64,000 nt of DNA from Trichosphaerium sp. ATCC 40318 (Eukaryota > Protista > Tubulinea): assembly GCA_038496445.1 (NCBI GenBank), contig JALMLS010000288.1:101530-165529 (forward strand). Reading direction: 5' to 3'. The notes under the pieces were generated by a model, which worked only from the letters and a program-made list of their open reading frames with translations, made no database searches and was not told the origin of the DNA. The position numbers and the translations under genes were made by a program. Shown one piece after another: positions 1-11,611 of the stretch (the first letter of the stretch is position 1; each line of letters begins with the position of its first letter).

Positions 1-84
1 ATAGTCAGGGCGAACTTCTTAGGTCGGAAAAAAGAAACCCCAACTCACATTCATCTTCGCTCTCCTTTTTTTTTCAACACTTGT

Positions 85-862
85 GCAACATAAACTCGCT
101 CTGCTGTTCACTTGTAGAAAAAGAACTTGTACATAACAATCAGTGCCACTGTTGCGACTAAGTTGAAGAATAGCAATTTTATTTATAGTGTTATCTTCTA
201 CAGCGATACGTATAAACTCTTGACATTGTTGTGTAAACGTCAGAAAAGCGAAGTTTCCTTGTTGAGAATAGAATTAAACACAGTCTCGTTTTCAAAGGAG
301 ATTATAACTCTGGATAATTAAAACAATGTGATGTTAATAGGCACTGGTTCGTTAGAGAATATGATGTTTAGATTGTCGAATGTAGCATTGACAGGAAGTG
401 TCTCAACAATTGACGTGATGACTAATCTAAATACCACAGGTGCTATCGTACTTCAAGATGGCTGTAAAGCTGGTTCCACTGGATGAGGTGTGCGTGAGAA
501 AACGCCACTTGATTCATCATAAAAGATAATATTGGACGTATTATCTGCAAACAACAAAGTAACCTGCTGAAGATACCGAGTTATTAGACGCCCTCTTCGA
601 ACGGTTATGCTTCTGAAACACGTACTGTAACTACACTCTGAGTTGTCCTATAAAGCACTCAATTCAGTTATATTAGAACTACCTGGGGTATTCTGCGTAT
701 ATGTTATCAAGAAAAACGTTCTAGAAACAATGTTAAAAGTCATCAAAAGGTTTCGATCTTGTACTTTGTAGGCACGGATTGTCAGTTTTGGTCCTTGTTC
801 TGCAGAAACGACTAATACATGTTCATCTATTGCTGTTCCTAGTGCAAGAACATAAGATACAT
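85..862 (-). pseudogene. Degenerate ORF, possibly a secreted or membrane protein
   Basis: One minus-strand frame reads as protein-like (VLALGTAIDEHVLVVS...VETLPVNATFDNLNIIFSN...LVATVALIVMYKFF) but has several in-frame stops. Confidence 0.3.
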
Positions 863-1454
863 GAGGGGTTTAAGTACTAAAAGCGTTTTGTATCCCTAAA
901 AAAAAAGGCTACTATGGCACAGTTTTGTGATTCCTTAAACGCATCTACACCGGTGTAGATTTGTACTTTAATCTAACAATTTTTGTTATGGTACTATCAG
1001 TATCCCCACGTTACACGAGGCATCGCTCAGCTAAGAGTCTGTTTTTACAGAACCAAGTGATACAAGAGAGGTCGGAATGTTAAGTTTTCGTTTTTCAGCT
1101 AACCCAAAGTATCGAAATATCCTATTAGTGCATCTTTGTGGGTTAAGATGAAAACGTCACGTGCTTGCTACTAATCAGGAGTTACCTTGAATTCTTCAGG
1201 GTTGAAAATAGGTGCTACACTATGAGCATAAGGTACTACACATTGAGAGCGGCAGGTACAACTCCTGTGCAAGCCCTTTGTTAGCAACGATGTATGTGCT
1301 TACCTTAAATTGGGTCATTCAGTACAATACAGTCTGTCTAAATGTGATCATATTTAGTGTAGAACTTTGACTTAATTAAGCTTTGTTACTTAGTTTCAAA
1401 AAAGCGATACTCTAAGCCAGCAACCAGCTCTCTAATTTTTGATACGCCTGTTGA

Positions 1455-2147
1455 ATGGAACAAAACAGATCGATGGCGGATGTGTATAGCTGTTTTAACG
1501 TTTTACATCTTCCTATGGAGATACAACTTGATATTATGGATCTAGACTTGGAAATATTCACAAAGTGGCCACTGTTATGCAAACGTTCAGCATTTACAAC
1601 AAGATTTGATAGTGAGTTAAATAAACACGGTAAATGGAAGACAAAAAGAAGAAAGTACAACAGATTCTTTATTTCTCATTGGGAACATGGTAGACTTCAT
1701 GGAGGGTACATAACGTACATAAATGGGCAATTGGATGAACTAACCACTTTTGTACATGGTAACCAAGAAGGAGAGAACAAGAGATGGTATGATAATGGTC
1801 AATTGAAGCAGCTGTGCTACTATCTTAATAATAAGCGGGAAGGAGTCTACAAAGATTGGTATGCCAATGGTCAGCTGAGGTCACAGTGGACTTATATCAA
1901 TGGCAAACGGGAAGGAGATTGCAAAGGGTGGCATTGTAATGGAAAGTTGCGAACATTGTGCTACTACAATGATGATTCACTTGAAGGAGAGCACAAGAAG
2001 TGGTATGATAATGGACAATTATATGAATTGTACTGTTATGTAGATGGCATAAGGCATGGGCAGTTCATATCATGGTACCGTGATGGTCTTCCACGTGAAA
2101 AGGGTATTAATAAAAATGGGGAAGAAATATCCGTTACCTTTCTTTAA
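1455..2147 (+). CDS. F-box + MORN-variant repeat protein (intronless)
   Basis: N-terminal LHLPMEIQLDIM...LLCKR is F-box-like, followed by about 6 repeats of EGxxKxWYxNGQL (MORN_2 type). AATAAA lies downstream at about 2175. Confidence 0.85.
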   Translation: MEQNRSMADVYSCFNVLHLPMEIQLDIMDLDLEIFTKWPLLCKRSAFTTRFDSELNKHGKWKTKRRKYNRFFISHWEHGRLHGGYITYINGQLDELTTFVHGNQEGENKRWYDNGQLKQLCYYLNNKREGVYKDWYANGQLRSQWTYINGKREGDCKGWHCNGKLRTLCYYNDDSLEGEHKKWYDNGQLYELYCYVDGIRHGQFISWYRDGLPREKGINKNGEEISVTFL

Positions 2148-2669
2148 TGTACTGAGCACGTGTATTAATTGTCCAATAAAGCAGCAATTTCAATACCAAA
2201 CAAATTGCATTGTTCAAAGCTACTACTATTAATCCGACAAATACAACAAGAGCAGATTAGAAGAGAGCCCGTCTCTAGGCATGACTAAGAACTTTGTTGC
2301 AAAGTTACACGAAACACATAAAACAAAGATAACTTTCAGTAACCCCATGGACGTTTACTACAGCCTCTATTCTTTGGTATGGCCTATTTTGTGTTGCATA
2401 TTATAAACTAGCGTATTATCACACTAGCTGTCTGAGTGCGGTGGAACCTTATACGACATTTGCCAACAAATTGTAGCTTAAGCTGCCAGCCTTCGACTCC
2501 TTAGTCTCTATGTCTGTGGTTTGTACAATTTTCTGTCACTATTGCCCTAGTACCCAGCCAATTCTTTTTGCATCAGAGCAAAGGTGCAAAATGGTCAGTA
2601 GCACCAGTGTAGTGCAAATAGCTAACAAAACTACAACTTATATACATTTCAACAGGAAAAAAGACGTAT

Positions 2670-2980
2670 TCTTTAAGTAGCACGTTTTGATTAATCAAAA
2701 CAATGCTGATATGGTTTCCGCATGTGTATATAGCTATCACAGCGTTTGTGAGAGTTTCGAAATGTGCATTATCCATATTGGAGTAATGAAACTAGATTTT
2801 TCAGTGAAGTGAAGCGACATATACTGAAAACAGAAGTTATCATTTAGTAGCACGTTTTTTGAAACAAAACATCGCCGATAAGGTTTCCACATGTGTAAAT
2901 AGCTACCACAAGCCTTTGGGAGAGTTTTGAAATGTGCATTATCCATATTTGAGTAATTACAATAGAAATTTCAGTGAAGT
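2670..2980. repeat. Two diverged tandem units with about 170-bp period
   Basis: tagcacgtttt...gtttcc(g/a)catgtgta...gagagttt(c/t)gaaatgtgcattatccatatt...tttcagtgaagt occurs at about 2670-2810 and 2840-2980. Confidence 0.8.
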
Positions 2981-3593
2981 ACAGTCTGTATCCCACAATT
3001 TATTTCTGAGAGTGTTTTATGGGTATAAAAAGAAACGAAAATGTTTAGGTAATTGTAGTAGTTGCAGTGTGTGCACCACGCGTGGGGCTTCCTAGCCATT
3101 TGGTCGAAAATATTTAAGGGAGTCCTCCGTCTAGCTTAGTGGGTGTATGCATTGCGAGGTGGAATTGACAAAGTTCCATCTTAATCCGACGTAGTGTGAA
3201 AGCTTGAATCGTTACATTAGCCAGCATGTCCTCGTAAGTAGCACGTAATTAACTTAGGAACTCGGTCTGGGCCAAGAAAATTATAAGGTCCGATACAGAG
3301 GTGAGTTCTGCCGTTAGGGAAAAGCTCTATATAAACTTTGAATAGGCGTTGTAAGGCAGCCTACGATCGTTCTTTTTGTTGTTGCTCTAAATTATGTTGT
3401 ACCTGATTTTATAAGGTTTGTTTCAACTGAGTAAGTCATTGAACGCTGTTAAAAAATGCTATAGCATATGAACACTTATAAAGTGTTTAATTACTGCTAC
3501 AAAAACTAGCAGAACTTACAAGATGTGTCAGTTTTGTTAGTTCTTACACTTTGATACTTCTGCCAAACCTGTTGCAAACTTGAATGATACGGA

Positions 3594-4030
3594 CAATAGT
3601 GTTAAAAGATTCTTTATTTTGTCCTTCAAACCCCAAGCTCAAATTTTGGAGATGCCGATTACTCTTTGCAATTTGATATTTAAATTGGAAACAATAAACC
3701 TACATTGCTTGCAACAGAGTGTTGCATTTATGAAGTTCGCTAGCTACAATACCTACAAATACTGATCCTCCCAAAACAAAGCCGCCAATAGTAGAACTAC
3801 AATAGTTCTTCAACCAGGTACACCTAATGCTCTCATCTCAAGAGTCAGCGGGATCTCAAAGAAGCGGATTTGAGATACAAGACATTGCGAGTGGCTCTTC
3901 TTAAATGTACGACCCTGGTTCGTTTTTTAAATCTTTCTTTAGCTTGGTTAGATGCTTATTTAGTACAATAGCTTGTCAAGTCCTAAAAGAGGCCTTTGGA
4001 GTATAGTACTGTGTGAGATGAGATAAAATG
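3594..4030 (+). repeat. Dispersed repeat, direct copy of about 5099-5480
   Basis: Shared tagtgttaaaagattc...aaacctacattgcttgcaacagagtgttg...gtcagcgggatctcaaa...tttagcttggttagatgcttatttagtacaatagctt. A third, inverted copy lies at 8418-8533 plus 9450-9580. Confidence 0.85.
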
Positions 4031-4066
4031 GTGGGTACTATGTTCTCTGTAGATTACTTTCAGAAT

Positions 4067-4240
4067 AGTCCTCAACTTCCCTCTAAAACAAAACAGTTGA
4101 GGTATTTACAAGGAGCGTACGCTCTCAAAATCAGTGATATTAGAAAAGTAGACTTTACAGACTTTAGGACAGTCAATAGAATTGACTTTAGCTTTTGTCA
4201 CTTACTGACTGATGACCATCTTAAACAACTTTCTGGAGTT
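4067..4240 (+). pseudogene. Orphan LRR-gene fragment (inverted copy of about 7757-7930)
   Basis: Encodes RYLQGAYALK..DIRKVDFTDFRTVN.IDFSFCHLLTDDHLKQLSGV, nearly identical to the 8166 gene, with no F-box. Confidence 0.85.
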
Positions 4241-4294
4241 TTTTAAAATCTGGTGTTTGTTGTTTGTAGGAGCCAATGGACGATAGGGATCTAA

Positions 4295-5335
4295 CGGGTT
4301 AAACCGCATGTAGCTTAAAGTGCATAATTTACTACACAAGACGACATAGTTCTGTTGCCAAAATGATGTGTTCCACCCACTCCTTTCTCTACAAAGAACA
4401 AGTGTTAGCTTCAATGTGACACTCACTTGTCATTGATTAATGTAATGAAAGTCTTGTCATTGAGGAAAAAAAAAAGAATAATGTAAGAAAAAAATCACGT
4501 GCTGCATGCTCAGTCGAAACGAAGAAGAACGTCACTCTGTCACCGTCTTCCTGTTTTTGTGTAAATGACCATACATACTGGTTATCAGAACTCATCTTAT
4601 CCTCAATCTGTACATTTGTAATATCCATCATTGAGAATGTATTTATTGCCCTCTCATGGTTTATATTCTAGAAAAACAAACTCTTAGTCAAACATTCATA
4701 TTAGACCCACAAAAAATGCACCTTGTAATAGGACAACGTTTCAATTCCCAAATCAAAATAACGTGTCTTCCACCGTTTAACCACGTTACCTCGTTTTACA
4801 ATATACCCTTTCATTGGTACAAGCTTGTAGCGCTAGAAACACTCCGGTTAATACATGAGTTGTGCCAAATAAGCGTAGTAAGTACTATCAACTACTTAAT
4901 TCGTGCCTTGTACAGTGAGCTCTTATTTGTGACATCGTAATAGACTGTATTTAACGTCCTCACTATTTTCATCATTTTAATTGTCTTAACGTTATCTACA
5001 ATAAGATATACAAGCTCTGGCGGCAACTGAAGAGCATCCTTACACGACATGGTAACTACAATAATAGAAACCATACGAGTCAATAATATTCAGCAACAAG
5101 TAGTGTTAAAAAGATTCTGTGTCCTTCAAACCACCAAGCTAAAACCTACATTGCTTGCAACAGAGTGTTGTGTTTATGGATTTTGCTACCTGCAACACCT
5201 ACAAATACTGGACCTGATCCTCCCAAAACAACAAGGCCACCAACAGTAGAACTTACAATAGCTTCTCAACTAGATACACCGAATGCTCTCACCTCACGAG
5301 TCAGCGGGATCTCAAAAGAAGCGGATTTGAGATAC
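4295..5335. repeat. Left arm of an inverted segmental duplication (partner 8418-10368)
   Basis: Reverse complement aligns with 9450-10368 and 8418-8533. Confidence 0.9.
4423..5050 (-). CDS. F-box + PH domain protein, 149 aa, 4 exons (5050-4907, 4832-4722, 4667-4503, 4452-4423)
   Basis: LQLPPELVYLIV is F-box-like. MKGYIVKRGNVVKRWKTRYFDL...LSYYK matches the PH beta1-beta3 signature. All junctions are in frame; introns 1 and 3 are GC-AG. Confidence 0.8.
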
Positions 5336-6048
5336 AAGACATTGCTAGTGGCTCTTCTTACACGTATGACCCTTGTTCGTTTGTAAATCTATCTTTAGCT
5401 TGGTTAGATGCTTATTTAGTACAATAGCTTTTGTTCCTTGAGAGGCCTTGGAGTATGGTGCTGTGCAAATGAAATAATATGTTGACTACATATTTTGTAG
5501 GTTCTTATCACTGTGATAGTACGAGCAACTGAAATTGAGGTTTTGCAAACACTTTTTTGTTTAGTCAAAGTTGTAACGACATTTTATATATCCGCCTTGG
5601 CTGTTAAAAAGGATAGTGCAGTCAGCCATCTACAAGATTTTTGTAGTAGCCTCACTGGGTCGGAAATAACAAGACGGCACTTGCTGGAGGTTTTGCACAA
5701 GCTTTGAAAACCGTAAAGGCGTATTGAATTCAGACACATAAAGATATTCCAGCGTGGAGCAGTATTGTAGACATTTGAAACGATTAGTACAGCCACGTTT
5801 TTTACCGAGTTCTTACCAAAATGGCGTTTATCATAAGATTCACTCTTTTTGAACGTGTCAGTGAATTTTGAGCGTACAGACTAATTCACGTTTGTTGTCT
5901 ACATTGCATACAATTACCGCATCTAGTGGCAACTTCGTAGCATTGTTTAGAGCTTTGAATTCTTTGCTGGTAATTTAGTGATTTTACTTATGTAGTAATT
6001 TTACAAGCAACATTGTGCCTGATATAATAATATGTGCTACCACTTATT

Positions 6049-8166
6049 TTAACATAACCTCAAGTTACACACACAAAAGCGAGGTTCATATACAAACCTT
6101 ATTACTGGTAAGTATTCTGTATCTGTGTAAACAAAAGCTCCATCAATAGCATCAATTGTAACATTCTGACAACTTGTAACATTAATTATTCTGACACCAG
6201 TTAATGCCCTAACACCATCATCTGTAATATTACACTTTGCAAGGTTAATTGTATGAACACCAACCAACGCTTTGACGCCTTCATCTGTAACTTTTGTCTT
6301 GCAAAGGTTAATTGTATGAACACCAGCTAGTGCTTTAACACCTTTATCTGTAATGTGTATACAGTATGATAAATCAATAGTATGAACACCTGCCAATGCT
6401 GTAATACTCTTATCAGAGACATAGTCACAACGCCTTAAATGGATTTCATGAACGCCAGCCAGCGCTTTAACACCATCACCTCTAATATCATTATAGCTTA
6501 AACTAACAGTATGAGCACCAGCCAATGCTTTAACACCTTTGTTTGTAACATCACAACTGTCCAAATTAATTATATGTACACCTGCTAATGCCTTAGCACC
6601 TTTATCTGTAACATGTTCACACCCTTTCAAAAAAATGGTATGAACTCCTGCCAAAGGTATGATGCCATCATCTGTAATGTGTACACATTCTGTTAAATCA
6701 ATAGAATGTACTCCAGCCAAAGCTTTCACGCCATCATCTGTGATGTGTTTACATTCTGATAAATTGATTGTATGAACACCAGCCAAGGCTTTAATACCTT
6801 CATCTGTGACATGTATACATTCTGATAAATTAATTGTATGAACACCAGCCAATGCTTTCACACCATCATCTGAAATTTGTATACATTCTGATAAATCAAT
6901 AGTATGAACACCTGCCAATGCTCTAACACCATTGTTGGTAATATCCTCAATTCCTGATAAACGAATTGTATGGACACCTGCCAAAGCTTTAAGAACAGCA
7001 TCATTAGCACCCCATAAATTAATAGTATGAACACCAGCTAAGCAGCTAATATTATCATCAGATACAAGTGTATGACAAAGATTGATGGTGTGAACGCCAG
7101 ATAAAGCTCTAATACTGTCATCTATTTTTTCAAGTCCCCACAAATTTATCTCATGAACACCAGCCAGTGCTTTAATACCTTCATCTGTAAGGACTGTGTT
7201 ACAAGATATATCAATTGTATGGACACCCTAGCGAAATACCTTTACGAATAGAATACCGAATCTACGCCAGAACGTAAAAAGTTGGAAATAGTCGAATATA
7301 TTCCGATTCGGTTTTCAGAGAAGAGCGACTGTGAAACTGAAAGTTGTTGGCTTTTTGAATCACCAAGTGCTTTTTGTTCATCCAAACCATCTCATACGTT
7401 TGCACATTCACATTTTGTATGACATAGAGTGGTTTAAAGCCCTATATTGAGTGAGTTTAAGAACTACGTTTTAGCGGTAAAACTAAGTCACAGTAAGCCT
7501 AACCACACTTTTGTTGTTTGAAATTGTGACAGTGGTGACGTTTTTTTTGACAATTGTGTGAATACCAGATAATGCTTTGAGAACATTGTCTGTAATACAT
7601 GGACAAAAACTCAAATCAATTTCATGAACGCCTGATAGTGATTTAATACCTTTTGCTGTAACACGTGTGCAAAAGCTTAAGCCAATCGTGTGAACGCCAA
7701 TTAATGATTTAATACCTCGATCTGTAACCTTTGTTCCATTTAATATGATTTTATGAACTCCAGAAAGTTGTTTAAGATGGTCATCAGTCAGTAAGTGACA
7801 AAAGCTAAAGTCAATACTATTGACTGTCCTAAAGTCTGTAAAGTCTACTTTTCTAATATCACGTGTTTTGAGAGCATACGCTCCTTGTAAATACCTAAAG
7901 TGTTTTTGTTTTAGGGGGAAGTTGAGTACTATTTGAGTTGTCTTGATGAGATGTGGTGATTGTTTGTAAAGTTGTTTCAGTTCTTTTTTCGTTTTAACCA
8001 GAGTAGTTGCCCTTTTGAGTTCATATCCCAAGTACTGTGTTGCTACATTTGATAATATTTTACACGTACATACAACTGAATGCATAGATAACGTTGAAAC
8101 AAATTGTAGAACGATAATTATGATTTCTACAGGAATCTCATCAAAGAATGCGCTGTTTGAGTTCAT
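6049..8166 (-). CDS. F-box-LRR protein, split by a 324-bp non-LRR segment (7228-7551)
   Basis: F-box FDEIPVEIIIIVLQF...CTCK. LRR units (LAGVHTINL.....TD.GVKA) lie on both sides of the interruption, and 7227-6049 is open. The pseudogene at 31.2-31.7 kb joins both halves. Confidence 0.7.
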
Positions 8167-8533
8167 TTTACTTTCTAATACTAATAATAGGAGAGACGAG
8201 TAGCCACGTGTTATTTGTAGTTTTACCAAGTGTTCACTTAACGTTTAAACGATTTTTGAAAAATCACGTTTTTTTTTTTGGTCTTGCCACAAGTGGCGAC
8301 CTTGTGTAAGATCTTTAGAGAGCTTTAATTACTTGGACGTGCATAAGGTCAAATCCTTTCGCACGTCATACTCCCATTCTCGTTTCCTCAATCCCACCTG
8401 CCCTGAAACTATTCTCAAATCCGCTTCTTTGAGATCCCGCTGACACTTGAGATGAGAGCATTCGGTGTATCTAGTTGAGGAACTATTGTAAGTTCTACTG
8501 TTGGCGGCCTTGTTGTTTTGGGAGGATCAATCC

Positions 8534-9449
8534 GAGGCCGGCTTAACTGCCCGGTGAATGCAGCTTCTCTTCAGCATATCTTTTATTTTACACCTTTAGG
8601 TTATCTCTACACTCTCCAGAGCCCTTTACGCCCATGATGGGCCCAAAGCACTCCTGCGCACACAGTTTAATGCTATAGCTCTGTTTGACATGCTAAAGTA
8701 CTTTTAGTCACACCGCTGGCCTTTCTTTTGTATTTCGTTGGTAATCTGATTTAATTCTCTATTCTGCTTTTACACGCTAAAATCAACTACACTAACTCGA
8801 TTTTACCTTTCTCACCGCTTTTTAGCAACAAACTAACTTCCTAAAGGAACACCTCACTATTTCTACGTCTACGGCCATTGAACATGCTTGTAACTCAAAC
8901 ATTATTAGCAGGTAATGAAACTAGATGTCAGTGAAGATAGCAAGGTCAAATTTTTGAAATAATTTTTTTTTTTTTTTTTTTGGTACTTCCTTTTCGTATA
9001 ATCACGTGCGCAATGAATATGTTTCCACAAGTGTAGATAGCTTTGCTATGAGGAACATTTCTTTTTTAGCTGGGACTGGACCATTTCTATATGCACTTGA
9101 GCAATACAGTAATTAAACGGATAGCAACAAATTGTCCATGAAAACGTTAACCTCAGAACTGTAATCAAATTGCTGACCATTAATAGAACATACGCATATG
9201 CCGGACGACAAGGTTGGTTAAAAAAAAAATGGGCAAAAGAAAAGAAATTGGTATGTAAACACTTTTGGAGATTTATTTTTACTTTAGTTTTATTTTCATC
9301 TGTACGATTGGTTCTGTTCCATGACATGATGTCCTCCTGTAACTTTCTGTACACGCATGTCAATCTGTAAGTCGTCTTCCATGTAAACCCCCCTATATGT
9401 AATAAAGTAGGCGCTAGCGCGCTGCCTCTTGTTCTAAAAAAAAAAAAAA
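8534..9449 (+). mobile_element. Non-autonomous poly(A) retroposon (SINE-like or truncated LINE)
   Basis: A14 tail at 9436-9449 and a perfect 19-bp TSD GTTTTGGGAGGATCAATCC at 8515-8533 and 9450-9468. The empty site is present in the paralogous arm at about 5210-5229. Confidence 0.9.
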
Positions 9450-9627
9450 GTTTTGGGAGGATCAATCCAGTATTTGTAGGTGTTGCAGGTAGCAAAATCC
9501 ATAAATGCAACACTTTGTTGCAAGCAATGTAGGTTTTAGCTTGGTGGTTTGAAGGACACAGAATCTTTTTAACACTACTAGTTGCTGAATAATATTGACT
9601 CGTATGGTTTCTATTATTGTAGTTACC

Positions 9628-10237
9628 ATGTCGTGTAAGGATGCTCTTCAGTTGCCGCCAGAGCTCGTATATCTTATTGTAGATAACGTTAAGACAATTA
9701 AACTGATGAAAATAGTGAGGACGTTAAATACAGTCTATTATGATGTCACAAATAAGAGCTCACTGTACAAGGCACGAATTAAGTAGTTGATAGTACTTAC
9801 TACGCTTATTTGGCACAACTCATTTAACAAGAGCGTTTCTAGCGCTACAAGCATGTACCAATGAAAGGGTGTATTGTAAAACGAGGTAACGTGATTAAAC
9901 GATGGAAGACACGTTATTTTGATTTGGGAATTGAAACGTTATCCTATTACAAGGTGCATTTTTTGTGGGTCTAACATGAATGTTTGACTAAGAGTTTGTT
10001 CTTCTAGGATGGCAATGGGTATATTCTCAATGATGGATATTACAAATGTGCAGATTGAGGATAAGATGAGTTCTGAAAACCAGTATGTATGGTCATTTAC
10101 ACAAAAACGGGAAGACGGTGACAGATTGACGTTCTTCTTCGTTTCGACTGAGCATGCAGCACGTGATTTTTTTTCTTACATTATTCTTTTTTTTCCTCAA
10201 TGACAAGACTTACGTTACATTAATCAATGACAAGTGA
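9628..10237 (+). pseudogene. Second F-box-PH copy, frameshifted
   Basis: Same exon structure and both GC donors are retained. A net 14-nt loss at the start of exon 3 (about 10008) shifts the frame. Confidence 0.7.
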
Positions 10238-11611
10238 GTGTCACATTGAAGCTAACACTTGTTCTTTGTAGAGAAAGGAGTGGGTGGAACACATCATTTT
10301 GGCAACAGAACTATGTCGTCTTATGTAGTAAATTATACACTTTAAAAAAGCTACATGCGGTTTAAGCCCGTGATAATTTAATGTGCATTCAGCTCCAGAA
10401 ACGAAGAGCAAGGTAAATAAAAAATGCAAGGTTGGGGTAGTACAGTCGAAATCACTTTTACATAATAATACACTTTAAACGCTACATGCGAGTTTGAGAA
10501 CACCGCCATAAAGCTTATGACCACTGTACACGGAAAGTCTTTCTTTTGCAAGTGAATTAACATGATGAAGTGTTACCATGGTTTAAAGTACATTTATTAT
10601 GTACCTCTTTGTCACTAGTTTAGTGCCTATAGCTCTAATAGCTCTTTTTTTATTGTAGGCTTTGTATAACGTATGACTCGAATCCAAGGTCCTGATACTG
10701 TATTACCATTTAACACAACTCTTGCAAAGAAAACCTCCTTCAGATTTGTTATGACAGCCCCACAGTGGGGGGAACAATAGGTATACTATATAACAAAATA
10801 GTACACTTTTGTGTAGTTCACTGTACTATGCAGCAATCACAGTTACTTTCAAGGTATTCAAGCCACATCGTAAGTATCATTTGTCGATGTTTTTAACTCT
10901 TTATCCTCGTACATTGATTACTCATACATTTGATCAACAAGAATCAAAGTTTTTCCCAAGTGGAAGCTATCAAGTAACATTTACGTCACCAGCAGCAATA
11001 CGTACAATTGATACAGGTAGTAGTCATAACTGATGGTACAACAACGTAATCTGCACGCTACTAATCAACAATTCAAGCGCAACCTCACACATACTCTTTA
11101 GGCTATCATTTGATAGAAGCTCTGTATTTACCAAAGAGTCACAAGGAAAAGAAATGCATCAAGCTCAACTTGTTTGGTATAATAGTCACCACTGCTTTGC
11201 TTCTAAATATAAGTTCACGGATGACGAAAGTTGCAAGGCAATTTTGTTCTTGTTTTGATAGAAGTCACGTGATTATAACAATCCTTAATCAATAATCTGA
11301 CTATGAAGGTAGCTAAATATTGTACAATAAAGTGGGTGTTTGAGCCATGTCGTTTACCATTTACGCACTTGATGGCTAATGTTGTGCTGTACATTTCTTA
11401 CGCTATCATTAAGTATATTTGTAGACTATGAAGGTCCCTTGCAACAGCCACACATCAATTGCTAGCCTGGACCTAATTTACATATATGACAAAATTCGGT
11501 TACAAGCTCAAACCAAGAGAGGGTGACTTACGGCCAATTAAGCTGAACACAATTATTAAGCGTCAAACTTAACTCTTACGCCACAGTGCTATTGCGTAAA
11601 CAATAAAACAA

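Larger units (their letters stand above)
8418..10368. repeat. Right arm of the inverted duplication, interrupted by a retroelement
   Basis: Reverse complement of 4295-5335 with a 916-bp insertion. Confidence 0.9.

Noticed and set aside
85-862. Stop-codon reassignment suggested by in-frame stops
   Set aside because: All three stop types occur here, and intact genes end in TAA, TAG or TGA without internal stops, so the standard code applies.
1195-1280. tRNA-like T-arm (gcaggtacaactcctgt) and a B-box-like gactcgaatcc at about 10675
   Set aside because: No complete cloverleaf could be folded; at most degenerate remnants.
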